A stretch of DNA of 64,000 nt. Source: a bacterium. Its GTDB lineage: Bacteria > Actinomycetota > Acidimicrobiia > Acidimicrobiales > CATQHL01. The notes under the pieces were generated by a model, which saw only the letters and a program-made list of their open reading frames with translations, was not told the DNA's origin and ran no database searches. Below, piece after piece: positions 21,190 through 30,831 of the stretch (position 1 is its first letter; every line of letters starts with the position of its first letter). A program made the translations under genes and the position numbers. The stretch covers positions 29,400 to 93,399 of the forward strand of contig JAPOVS010000040.1 in NCBI GenBank assembly GCA_026708055.1, written 5' to 3'.

Positions 21190-24096
21190 ATGGCCCGCCA
21201 GACCGAAGGGTCGATTAATCACGACCTCGCCGCCGCCCTACGCGAACTGCACCCTGCATGGAACGAGCAGACCGTTCTTGCCGAGAGCACAGACGTCCTG
21301 ACTGAGGGTGTCGGCCGAAAGCCCGACATTGTCATTACCAACGTTGCGCATCTCGGCGGTGTGATCCTGGAAACGGAGATTGAGCCGGCGCGGACCGTTG
21401 AGGAGGATGCCCTAGCGCGGCTCGGCGACACGTTCCTCGCCGACGGGTCGCCTGTCGAGCAGGCGGTCGCTGTCAGGATCCCGGTTGCGGCACGCGCGCC
21501 CGGAACCCCGCTCGACACGCTTAGGTATGCCTACAGGGTCTGTACCAACGGCACCCAGACTCTGTCATGGTTCCCGGACAACGGCTGGATCGAAGGCTCG
21601 ATTGCGGACTTAGCCGGCTTTGTCGAGACGGTCGCGGTGTCGCCCCGCCAGCTGGCGCAAGGCGTCAACACGCTCGAGAGCGGGGTGCGGCAGGCGTCGA
21701 CCATCATCAGACGAGGAATGGAGGACACCTATCAGGCGGGCCTCGATGAGATGGCGGCCATTGTGCACCAGCGAGATGGTGAACAGACCACAAGGATGGC
21801 TGCCGCAATCATTGCCAACGCTCTCACAGTCCATTCGGCGATCGCAGCTGTCAACCCGGAGATCCGATCGCTGACCGACCCCTCGATGCGCGGCTACGGC
21901 AACATCCTCCTGCAATCAGAGGTGTCGGCGTGTTGGCAAGCGATCCTCGAAGTCAACTACTGGCCGATTTTTGACGTGGCTCGTCGAGTTCTCGTCGCCC
22001 TCGACGAGGCGATCGCAGGACAGGCGTTGTCACGGTTGAGCGACACCGCAAGCAGGCTCCGGGGGCTCGGTGCAACAACCATCGGCGATATGGCCGGGCA
22101 GATGTTCGGACAGCTCATTGCCGACAGGAAGTTTCTCGCCACGTTCTACACGCGTCCGTCCTCTGCAACGCTGCTCGCCGAACTTGCGGTGGCACGCCTC
22201 AGCACAAATTGGCACGATCCGGAGGCAGTAGGTGATCTCCGAATCGCCGACCTCGCGTGTGGCACTGGAGCGCTGCTTTCGGCCGTCTACCGGCGCATCG
22301 TGTCCCGCGTCCGTCGAGGCGGCCTGGACGACAGGAACCTGCATGCAGGATTCATGGAGCGTGGCATGGTCGGCTGCGACATCATGCCAGCGGCGACACA
22401 CCTGACTGCCGCACAATTGACGGCCGCGCATCCCACGGTCACCTTCGGGAATACTCGTATCCACACGATGCCATACGGCGAGCACGACCCCGGGGGCGGG
22501 ACACGCATCTTCATCGGCTCACTCGAATTGCTCGACGACACAGCTGCGCCCAGCCTCTTGGGCACCGGCGCAACGACGGTTACCGGAACCGGAGAGATTG
22601 CCGATTCGGGTGATCACCAACTCGATCTACCGAACGGCAGCATCGACCTGGTGATCATGAATCCACCCTTCACGCGACCCACGAACCACGAGATCGCCGA
22701 CGTGCCAGTGCCATCGTTCGCCGGCTTTGAGACGTCCACGCTGGAACAGAGGGAGATGTCGAAGAGGCTGGGACGACTGAGGCGAAAACTTGACCACGAG
22801 CCAGCCGGTCACGGGAATGCCGGACTCGCCTCCAACTTCCTCGACTTGGCCCACAGCAAGGTCAAGGCTGGAGGGGAGATCGCCCTCGTCCTACCCTCGA
22901 CGGTCTCGTCTGGTGACGCGTGGGCACCCTCACGACGTCTGCTTGGCAAGTACTACCGAGACACCATCATCGTGACGATCTCTGGAGCCAGTTCAGGCTC
23001 CAGCGCGTTCTCAGCTGACACCGATATGGCCGAAGCACTCATCGTCGCGACCCGACTCGCTGCGAATGAGGCCGTCGAAGCGCCGGCACCGGCCGTGCTG
23101 TGGGTCAATCTGGCAAGACGGCCGGACAGCATCCCGGAAGCCGTCGAGATCGCGCGAGCCATTCGGAACATCGACCGAATGAGGCCGACCGGACGGCTCC
23201 GAGTCGGCAATGACATCGTCGGATGTTTCGCCCGCGCGTCAGTTGACGACGGCGGGTGCGCCCAGGTCGCCGAGACTGACGTGATCGAGACCGCCCTTGC
23301 CTTAGGGCGCCAACAGCTTCAACTTGCTGGCTTGGCTCAGCTTCCGATACCCGTCACCACCCTGAGCCAACTCGGTACCCCGGGTCCGTATCACCTTGAC
23401 ATTCGAAGCGGCGGCACGACGGCACGTGGTCCGTTCGAGATCGAGAAGCTCCCGCCGAGTACAACTCCTTCCTACCCGGCGCTATGGCGGCACCACGCCG
23501 CCAGGGAACGCGGGCTCGTGGTCGCGCCCGACAGCCAGGGTCGGATCCTCCCGGGCAGGCGTGACAAAGCACTCGAACTCTGGGAGACGAGCACGCGCCT
23601 TCATCTGAGTAGCGACTTCAGGTTGAACTCGCAGAGCCTCGGGGCCTGCCTCACGCGAAGGCGAACAATCGGTGGCCGGGCTTGGCCTTCGTATCTACTC
23701 GACGATTGTTCCCACGAGAAGGCTGCGGTGCTTTGGTTCGCCACCACCCTCGGGCTGATCGCCCATTGGTGGGTCGGTTCCCGTCAGCAGCAGGGACGGT
23801 CGATTCTCTCGATCGGCAGGCTCGGCGAACTCCGCGTGATCGACTGCCGCGATCTCAGCAGCAAGCAGTTCGACGCGCTGGACGCCGCCTTCGACCAATT
23901 CGCCAATAGCGACCTGCTGCCTGCGAACGAGGCTTACCGTGACCCTGTGCGTGCCGCACTCGACAAGGCAGTGCTCTGCGAGGCACTCGGACTGCCGGAG
24001 GAGATCCTCGCGCCTCTCAGCACCCTCCGCGAGCAGTGGTGCGCCGAGCCCACAGTCCACGGGGGCAAAGCGACGGCACCCTCGGCCCACGATTGA
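21190..24096 (+). CDS. 968-aa gamma-class N6-adenine DNA methyltransferase fusion (Type IIG/IIL-like architecture)
   Basis: The SAM motif I is DLACGTGALLSAV and the catalytic motif IV is VIMNPPFTRP. The N-terminal ~80 aa contain KPDIVITNVAHLGGVILETEIEP, a PD...ExK-like pattern with E in place of K. A long C-terminal region has TRD-like size. Confidence 0.8.
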   Translation: MARQTEGSINHDLAAALRELHPAWNEQTVLAESTDVLTEGVGRKPDIVITNVAHLGGVILETEIEPARTVEEDALARLGDTFLADGSPVEQAVAVRIPVAARAPGTPLDTLRYAYRVCTNGTQTLSWFPDNGWIEGSIADLAGFVETVAVSPRQLAQGVNTLESGVRQASTIIRRGMEDTYQAGLDEMAAIVHQRDGEQTTRMAAAIIANALTVHSAIAAVNPEIRSLTDPSMRGYGNILLQSEVSACWQAILEVNYWPIFDVARRVLVALDEAIAGQALSRLSDTASRLRGLGATTIGDMAGQMFGQLIADRKFLATFYTRPSSATLLAELAVARLSTNWHDPEAVGDLRIADLACGTGALLSAVYRRIVSRVRRGGLDDRNLHAGFMERGMVGCDIMPAATHLTAAQLTAAHPTVTFGNTRIHTMPYGEHDPGGGTRIFIGSLELLDDTAAPSLLGTGATTVTGTGEIADSGDHQLDLPNGSIDLVIMNPPFTRPTNHEIADVPVPSFAGFETSTLEQREMSKRLGRLRRKLDHEPAGHGNAGLASNFLDLAHSKVKAGGEIALVLPSTVSSGDAWAPSRRLLGKYYRDTIIVTISGASSGSSAFSADTDMAEALIVATRLAANEAVEAPAPAVLWVNLARRPDSIPEAVEIARAIRNIDRMRPTGRLRVGNDIVGCFARASVDDGGCAQVAETDVIETALALGRQQLQLAGLAQLPIPVTTLSQLGTPGPYHLDIRSGGTTARGPFEIEKLPPSTTPSYPALWRHHAARERGLVVAPDSQGRILPGRRDKALELWETSTRLHLSSDFRLNSQSLGACLTRRRTIGGRAWPSYLLDDCSHEKAAVLWFATTLGLIAHWWVGSRQQQGRSILSIGRLGELRVIDCRDLSSKQFDALDAAFDQFANSDLLPANEAYRDPVRAALDKAVLCEALGLPEEILAPLSTLREQWCAEPTVHGGKATAPSAHD

Positions 24097-24108
24097 ACTT
24101 CCGAGCGA

Positions 24109-24447
24109 TCAGGCTTCGCCCAGCAGGTCAACGATCTCCGACGGGGTGCTGACTCGCCAGCCAGTCGTCGGCCCTTCTTCGTAGTCCGCGCAGCCCCCGG
24201 TCCAAGACCTCTCCGGGTATATCTCGACAAGCGTGTACCTTTCGTCAAGACATGGCCCCTCTGCCGTCACCACCCAGATGCACTGGCTGTCAGCCGACCA
24301 GACCACCTGGCAGCCGTGCAGCGGATGATCGGGATCGGCGAAGCGCCGGGCGACCTCCTCTGCGATCCCAGCCGCCGACGTCTCGATGTCGATTGCGACC
24401 AGAGCGCGGGGTCGGGTCGCTTCTTCCGGTGATGTGATCGGTTCCAT
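24109..24447 (-). CDS. hypothetical protein (112 aa)
   Basis: ORF with GC3-rich codons reading MEPITSPEEATRPRALVAIDIETSAAG.... It lies downstream of the 1462-aa gene on the same strand, and its stop is 12 nt from the convergent methyltransferase stop. I recognise no domain. Confidence 0.45.
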   Translation of the reverse strand: MEPITSPEEATRPRALVAIDIETSAAGIAEEVARRFADPDHPLHGCQVVWSADSQCIWVVTAEGPCLDERYTLVEIYPERSWTGGCADYEEGPTTGWRVSTPSEIVDLLGEA

Positions 24448-24731
24448 GCGCGACTCTTCCAGTCGATGGTCTTGCCAGCAGGGGGAAGCTCGGAGGATCA
24501 CCGTCAGGAATACGAAGTCGGAACGAACGTGCGCGTTCTAAACCGAGGGAAGTCGCGACCGCCTGTGAGGAGGCGCTCTCCCCGCACGGTAGAAGCTTCT
24601 CGACGGACTTCAACCGGGTAGGCCTCGGTGGCGCTGCTCTGGCTGAGCTCGGGGGCGACGGTGTTGCCGCGTCGGCGGCTGCCCGCTCGCGGACACCGCC
24701 CGGCGACCCTCTGGGCGACGCTGCCGTCAGA

Positions 24732-27700
24732 TCACAACGGCAACCCGCGGCGGACCGCCTCTGCCGAGCGGTCGTGCAGTGCAGCGTCCGACTCATAGCT
24801 GGCAGCCAGTCCTTCGAAGATGGCCGCCGTGCGCGGCCAACTGCTGAGATTGCGGCTCTTCTCGCGGTACGTCGCGACCAGTTGGCGCTCTTGGTCGCCT
24901 CCGTCGGTCGGCGAGCGGTTCGTCGCACCCCGCTGGTTGCGGAGAGCCACATGGAGGCCGAGGGCGACGTCGTCACTTCGTAGGCGCTCGATCAACTCGC
25001 GTACCGGGAGGCTCGGCCATTCGCCGCCGGGGTCCGGGGGTGACACCGCCAGTGCCTTGCCGATCATCTGGTCGCCGATGACCGCTCGGTCGACTTCTGC
25101 GAGGCGGTCCCGGGCGCGGTCGACCCAGTTGTTGAGTTTCTCTTCGTCGAGTTTGCCATCCTCGTCGGCGCCGGGCGAGACCTGCGAGGAGGGCCACGAG
25201 CGGAGCAGGCTGTCGGCGTTGAGTGCCCGCCGGCGGTCGGCGTCGCTCAATTCGGGCCGAACTTCGGGCGCTGCATGAGCGGGCTTGAAGGCGAGTTCGA
25301 CGAGCGAGACGAAGAAATCGGGGTTCTGTGCCAACTCTCGATACAGGTTCGGTGCCTTGAAACGGGAGTCATGCCGCAACGCCCGATAGTAACGCCACTC
25401 GATCGCCGCGACGCGTCCGGGACCGAGATGCTCTCGATGGCGATCCAGGGCGTCCATCAGGAGGGTCAAGTAGTCGCGGTCCAGGGGGCTAGTCCGTGTC
25501 TGCCAGTCTTCCTGTTCGACCCGTTCCTCGAGACAGGCGGCCGCCTCCTCTGCGAATTGCGGCTCGGATCCGAGGGTGTGCAAATGGGGTGCCAGAAATG
25601 ACGCAGCTGAGCCGGCGCGTCCGGCTCCTCGCAGACACTGGGACACTTCAAGAACTTCGGTGAGACTGGGAGGCGACCCTACGTACCAGTAGCCGGCGCG
25701 CCCCCAATACTCAGCAGCGACATCGCCGCCCAACTTGTTGACCTCCCGCCAGGGTCGCTGCGTGGCTGGGATCGCCCTGAACAGGTCAGCCGTCACCTGC
25801 GCCGTCAAGAATTGATGTTCGATTAGCCAGCGAATGCCGTCCCACCGGTGGTCGCTGAACCGGCTGCAGAAGTAGCCCAGCGCCATCTGGGTCACCGCTT
25901 CAGGCGCGGCGTTCATCGCTGAGAGCATGTCGCTATCGAAATCCGTTCCGATTGTTGCCAGCGCAAGCCCGACTTCATATGGCTGGGCCACTGCGGCAGC
26001 AAACTCAAGCAACTCGCCAATGCTGTGGAGATCGAGGATCGCCTCGATCGCCTTGACCCGCCGTGCTGCCAACGCCTCCGTGTACGCCTCATGGTCCAGC
26101 GGCGATATCCCGTCGATGTGTCCGAACCCGCCGCCGAACAGCAGGCCATACGCGTTCAGCGGTGTTGACGGACGCAGGGGCTCGAGCAGCGCCTCGAACT
26201 CCACGAGTTCGATCTCGGGGAGAGCCCAACTCGTGCCGTTGCAGTCGCGGTGAAGCGAGATCATTCGACGCAACGCAGACCAGACGGCAGATCTGATTTC
26301 CTCACCGGGGCCTGAGTCGGCTACGGCAGCCAACGATGCGTGCAGGGATTTGCGAGCGGCGGCAGCGAGGTCGCCGACACGTTCGACGAGCACGGCAAGG
26401 CGTTCTGGCTCTGTCCCTGCATCGTCGACGAGCCGGGACGCGACCGCGGAGACGGTTCGGTCATACTCGATCTCGGTAACGACTGGCCTCGAGTCCATCC
26501 AGGGGCGGAAACGCGGGCCGGGACTGTCGAACACCGTGTCCGTCGCGCTGGGCAGCATCGACAGCATGAGATCCCAGGCCGCAGCACCGTGGCGACCTCG
26601 AAGCATGTCGAGTACCGCTAACCGTTGTTCACTGTCCGCGGACGTATGGGGACTCCAGGGGCACATGATCTCTGCGAGGCTCTTGCCGGGTCGGTTCGAC
26701 CAGCCGCCGCCAGGGTCGGACTCAGCGAGTTCCGCGAGAAGGTCGGTGGTCGGCTTGATGTAGTCGTTGGACCACGCCAGGAGCTCCAACGCTTCGAGGA
26801 CACGCAAGTGCGGCGAATCCGTCGGGAACCCGAAGTCGTCGTTTTGGCGATCGGCGAACAGCACGCTCGCGAACCGGTGAGGTTCGGCCAGGCACGACCG
26901 CAGACCCGCCAGCACCGGGGCCGGGGCAGCCTCCGCCAGCAGGGGCAGAATGTCAGCCACTGACACCCAGGTCGTCGGATCTGGGTCGTCGCTCGCTGCA
27001 CGCAGGATCCGCGCCACGATGTGTTCGGCGGCGTTGGCGGAAGACCCTACATCGCCTCGCAGCCGCGGCGGGACGGTTCCAAGTAGCGCAAGCGTCGTGG
27101 CGACACCGCTCCGGAGTTGCGGCGAGTATCGGGCCCTGACACCTTCGAACTGCGCTGCCAAGCGCTCGGTCTGGCTCAATCCGTAGAGCGGATCGGGTTC
27201 GGTCAAAACCTCGGCTGCAAGGTCACCGAGCAACTCGAGGTCCTCTCGCGAGATCTGATCGTCGATGAGAGCCCACGCGTCGGCCGGTGCGACCACATGC
27301 CATCGCTCATCGGTCAGCAACATCGGCGGCTCGCGCTCACTGGCGACCGTGTGCAGCGCCTCGACGACATCTTCGTCCGAGCAACCGACGAAACGCTCGA
27401 CGACGCTGCGGTCACCATCGCTGGTCTGGTTCCAGCTGTTGAGCATGATGCTCCTACGCAGGATCTTGTCAACCGCACCGACCGCCCAAGCCGGGCGATG
27501 CAGGTCCGGTTCGGTGGCCAACCTTCGGCGGAGTGTCAAGAGGCTCATCCGCGCCAAGGCGCCGAATTCACCAGCGGTGAAGAAGTCCTCTCCGGCAGTT
27601 CTCATCTGATCCGCCACAGCGGCGGCGTCCACGGCATCCAGCACGATGTCAGCCCGTGAACTTCCAGGTATGGGAACGATCAGGCGGTGAGTGCTGTCCG

Positions 27701-29120
27701 GCGGAAGACACGGCGCAAAATCGGCCGACGGAACAACCACCGTCATCCCGGGGACGCTTCTGGACTGTCGCCCTGAGGATTCGCGTGTCCCCGCGGCCAG
27801 CAGACGCTGCGCCGTTTCCTTGTCGTCAACGTAGAGGAAGTCGCCCCGCGGCCATTCGCCTGGCGGCCCGGAGACGAGCGCTGCCGTCACGAAGGCGAGG
27901 ATCTCCTCGCTATGCATATCGCCGCCGATCGTGATGATTCCGCCGCGTTGCTCGCTGCAGAGGGAACGCAGTCGGTCGGCCTGATCGCCACGGCCTGCGA
28001 GCACCACCTCCACACCGAGAGGGATCCTGGTCGTAGCGAGCCAGCGATGCCACCAAGCCGAGACCAGTTCGAGCCCGCGCGCCGGCTCGCCCAACTGCTC
28101 ACGCAGCCAGACGGTCGTGACCGGAGCGCACTCCAGCCAGGACACGATGTCGTCCACCTTCAACGCCAGAACAGACCGGTAATCGCCGGCCTGCTCCTTC
28201 TCGTCGGCGAACGAGCGCGCCTTTGTCCAAGGCGCGCAGACCACTGCCACGTAGGCCTCGTCGGCGCGCTCGGCGGGTGAGGTCTGCCTTAGGCGCTTCC
28301 AGTAGTCTTCGCATGCCTTCCCATGGGATCCAGTCTGCTGCGTGGACAGTTCCCATCTCGAACGACCCGCCGGCACGAACCGATTCCCGTCAGTGCACCT
28401 GACAACGCCGTCCCAGCCCGCCGTTCCGACATCTGTTCCCGCGGGCATGTCGATCCACTCCGCCGACGGCTCGGTCTCTGCGATCAGGCTGCGGATCAGC
28501 CTCGGTAGCTCCCGCTCGGCTTCAGCGGTTCTGGCCCACTGAAGAAGCCGGTCGCGGTTGACGCGCATCGACTCGGGCACCGTTGCCATGAGGTGTCTTC
28601 GAGATATCAGCCCGTCTGCCAGACTCCGCGCCAAGTCGGCCTCCTCCCCGCTCACGAGAGCCAGCAGCCCAGTGCCGCGCAGGCGATTCGCGATCCGACC
28701 AAGATCGCGCACTCTCGCCGCGACAGAGGGCAGTCGCGTGACGAACCCCCGAGTCGTCTCCCCGGCCTCGCCGGCCGCACGGAGTTCCGCCAAGTCCGCC
28801 TTGGCGTAAGCGAACGCCTCCCTCAACTCCGAGCTTGCAACGGGGGCCAACACATCGCCAAGCACGGCATCACCCCGACTCTCGACCTCTGCGGCCACCT
28901 GCCGAAGCCAACTGCGCCTCAGAGCATCATCCGGCGCGCTGTCAAAAGCCCTCAGTCGACTGCCCGCTGTTGCCAGAATCCGCTCTCGATCAGCAGACAC
29001 GCGGTAAAGGCGAAGCCCCTCCGCCCAGACCAACTCGAGTTCATCCGCGTCTGCTGCGCAGCCGAGGCGGTCGAGAATCGGATCGAGACGCTCGGGTCGC
29101 ACGGAATCGCGGGCACTCAT
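24732..29120 (-). CDS. 1462-aa hypothetical protein, largely alpha-helical-looking, with no recognisable catalytic motif
   Basis: An uninterrupted 4.4 kb ORF with coding-like third-position GC. There is an ATGA overlap with the upstream 152-aa gene. I found no Walker A, HxH, DEAD or GHKL motifs on reading. Confidence 0.8.
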   Translation of the reverse strand: MSARDSVRPERLDPILDRLGCAADADELELVWAEGLRLYRVSADRERILATAGSRLRAFDSAPDDALRRSWLRQVAAEVESRGDAVLGDVLAPVASSELREAFAYAKADLAELRAAGEAGETTRGFVTRLPSVAARVRDLGRIANRLRGTGLLALVSGEEADLARSLADGLISRRHLMATVPESMRVNRDRLLQWARTAEAERELPRLIRSLIAETEPSAEWIDMPAGTDVGTAGWDGVVRCTDGNRFVPAGRSRWELSTQQTGSHGKACEDYWKRLRQTSPAERADEAYVAVVCAPWTKARSFADEKEQAGDYRSVLALKVDDIVSWLECAPVTTVWLREQLGEPARGLELVSAWWHRWLATTRIPLGVEVVLAGRGDQADRLRSLCSEQRGGIITIGGDMHSEEILAFVTAALVSGPPGEWPRGDFLYVDDKETAQRLLAAGTRESSGRQSRSVPGMTVVVPSADFAPCLPPDSTHRLIVPIPGSSRADIVLDAVDAAAVADQMRTAGEDFFTAGEFGALARMSLLTLRRRLATEPDLHRPAWAVGAVDKILRRSIMLNSWNQTSDGDRSVVERFVGCSDEDVVEALHTVASEREPPMLLTDERWHVVAPADAWALIDDQISREDLELLGDLAAEVLTEPDPLYGLSQTERLAAQFEGVRARYSPQLRSGVATTLALLGTVPPRLRGDVGSSANAAEHIVARILRAASDDPDPTTWVSVADILPLLAEAAPAPVLAGLRSCLAEPHRFASVLFADRQNDDFGFPTDSPHLRVLEALELLAWSNDYIKPTTDLLAELAESDPGGGWSNRPGKSLAEIMCPWSPHTSADSEQRLAVLDMLRGRHGAAAWDLMLSMLPSATDTVFDSPGPRFRPWMDSRPVVTEIEYDRTVSAVASRLVDDAGTEPERLAVLVERVGDLAAAARKSLHASLAAVADSGPGEEIRSAVWSALRRMISLHRDCNGTSWALPEIELVEFEALLEPLRPSTPLNAYGLLFGGGFGHIDGISPLDHEAYTEALAARRVKAIEAILDLHSIGELLEFAAAVAQPYEVGLALATIGTDFDSDMLSAMNAAPEAVTQMALGYFCSRFSDHRWDGIRWLIEHQFLTAQVTADLFRAIPATQRPWREVNKLGGDVAAEYWGRAGYWYVGSPPSLTEVLEVSQCLRGAGRAGSAASFLAPHLHTLGSEPQFAEEAAACLEERVEQEDWQTRTSPLDRDYLTLLMDALDRHREHLGPGRVAAIEWRYYRALRHDSRFKAPNLYRELAQNPDFFVSLVELAFKPAHAAPEVRPELSDADRRRALNADSLLRSWPSSQVSPGADEDGKLDEEKLNNWVDRARDRLAEVDRAVIGDQMIGKALAVSPPDPGGEWPSLPVRELIERLRSDDVALGLHVALRNQRGATNRSPTDGGDQERQLVATYREKSRNLSSWPRTAAIFEGLAASYESDAALHDRSAEAVRRGLPL

Positions 29121-29575
29121 GGCAAACTCCGGCCACGAGCTTGAACGCTGCCCGGCAACACTCGCAGCCCGCGCGCCTCGAGCGCCTGCCGCGCAACCAC
29201 GAGACTCTCTGGGCCCGGGCGGTAATGGCCACTCCTGTTATTGACGAGAATCACCAACTGCTCACTTCCATCTCTCACGACCTCGATCTCTCCTGCTGCG
29301 TACACAGGACCCCCACGCGATAGCACCGCGTGCGAGATTTGCTCACCCATCAGATGACGGCGACACACCAGAGGCCGATCTCCGACAACGACGTAGATCA
29401 TCGGTTCTCCGAGTTCAACCAGGGTCTCGAACTCTGTGCTCGGCACCTCGACGGTAACGGCGCCGGCGCGCTCCGCCGCAGCCATCTCCTGAAGCAGATG
29501 TTCGGGATAGCGGTTGTCGTAGGTACGAGGCACGTTCCTCCAGATCCGAGCCGGACGCTCATGGCTGCCGACCAT
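29117..29575 (-). CDS. hypothetical protein (152 aa), first gene of the island-1 operon
   Basis: Reads MVGSHERPARIWRNVPRTYDNRYPEHLL...LVILVNNRSGHYRPGPESLVVARQALEARG. It is translationally coupled (ATGA) to the 1462-aa gene. Confidence 0.65.
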   Translation of the reverse strand: MVGSHERPARIWRNVPRTYDNRYPEHLLQEMAAAERAGAVTVEVPSTEFETLVELGEPMIYVVVGDRPLVCRRHLMGEQISHAVLSRGGPVYAAGEIEVVRDGSEQLVILVNNRSGHYRPGPESLVVARQALEARGLRVLPGSVQARGRSLP

Positions 29576-29874
29576 CGATTGGTCGGCGCCGGGTGCCCGG
29601 TTCCTGCAGTTGGCGACCGCGGAATCACCCTGCCGACTTTCGAAGACGCGAAGGCACCGCTGAAGGGGACCTTCGCAAGAAGTCGCGCGCTCGCGGTCAC
29701 GGAGCCTCGGGGCGCTGGATCGCAGCCACCGCTGCGGTCTACCGGTTCGGCTCGGAGAGGCATACTGCTCGTTCGTGGAACGATACCGATCATCGACTCG
29801 CTTCGGACACTTGGAGCGGGCGAGGCGAGTCCTCCATCACCACAGCCCACCCGGAGGGGTCGGCAGGTGCCGCG

Positions 29875-30672
29875 GTGCCTGAGTTGCCCGAGGTCGAGAC
29901 GATCCGCCGCCAGCTGGAGCCGCGGCTGGTCGGGCGCCGGATCACCGAGGCGGCTGGCCACTCCAGCGAGAAGTTCCTGCCGGCGCGGGATGTCACCGGG
30001 GCGAAGGTCGATGCTGTCGCCCGGCGGGGCAAGTACCTGCTCATCGCGCTGGACGACGGCCGCGAGTTGGTGCTGCACCTCGGCATGACCGGGAGGCTGC
30101 AATTCGCCGCCGCCCCGCCGAGCGACCACTATGTGCGGGCCTGGTGGGGTCTCGACGACGGAGCAGCACTGGAGTTGCACGATGTGCGCCGGTTCGGGAG
30201 GGTGCGGGTCGTGCCGGCGGGGTGCTACGACGCCATCCCCACGCTGGCGCAGTTGGGACCCGAGCCGCTGGGCGAGGGGTTCAGCGCCGAGGGGCTCTGG
30301 TCGGCGCTGCGCCGGAGCCGGCGCCGGGTCAAGACGCAGCTGCTCAGCCAGCGCCCGGTCGCGGGGCTGGGCAACATCTACGCCGACGAGGCTCTCTGGC
30401 GGGCCGGCATCAACCCCGCCAAGCGCCGGATAACCCGCGCCGAGGCCGCGGCCCTGCACGCCGCGATCCCGGACGTGCTGCGGCAGGCCATCGCCCACCG
30501 CGGCACCACGTTCCGCGACTACCGCACCCTGCTGGGCCCGGGGGGCGACAACTACGCCCATCTGGACTGCTACGGCCGCGGCGGTGAACCCTGCCCCCGC
30601 TGCGGCGCCGAACTGCGAACCCGCGTCCTCGACGCCCGCAACACCACGTACTGCCCCGCCTGCCAGCGCTGA
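29875..30672 (+). CDS. mutM: formamidopyrimidine-DNA glycosylase
   Basis: GTG 29875 gives the obligatory (M)PELPEVETIRRQL N-terminus. The C-terminal zinc finger is CPRCGAEL...YCPACQ. The track ORF (29593) is over-extended. Confidence 0.9.
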   Translation: MPELPEVETIRRQLEPRLVGRRITEAAGHSSEKFLPARDVTGAKVDAVARRGKYLLIALDDGRELVLHLGMTGRLQFAAAPPSDHYVRAWWGLDDGAALELHDVRRFGRVRVVPAGCYDAIPTLAQLGPEPLGEGFSAEGLWSALRRSRRRVKTQLLSQRPVAGLGNIYADEALWRAGINPAKRRITRAEAAALHAAIPDVLRQAIAHRGTTFRDYRTLLGPGGDNYAHLDCYGRGGEPCPRCGAELRTRVLDARNTTYCPACQR

Positions 30673-30831
30673 ACGAACCCCGGCGCCGAGCGCTCTGTCC
30701 ACCACGGCGGGAAAGGGACAGCGCGGTTGGCACATGGGCGGTACGGCCGCGCCGGGTGACGAGAACTAGCGTTGACGGCGGCCGGGCATATCCCCATGAC
30801 CGGACACGACACACGACACGAGACCCCTCCC

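Noticed and set aside
30673-30831. I looked for a tRNA-Sec (selC) or a terminator in the fpg-selD spacer because of the Sec-type selD.
   Set aside because: Only a weak CTGTCC...GGACAG stem with a 15-nt loop is present. No cloverleaf with a long variable arm could be folded, and no selA or selB lies in the window.
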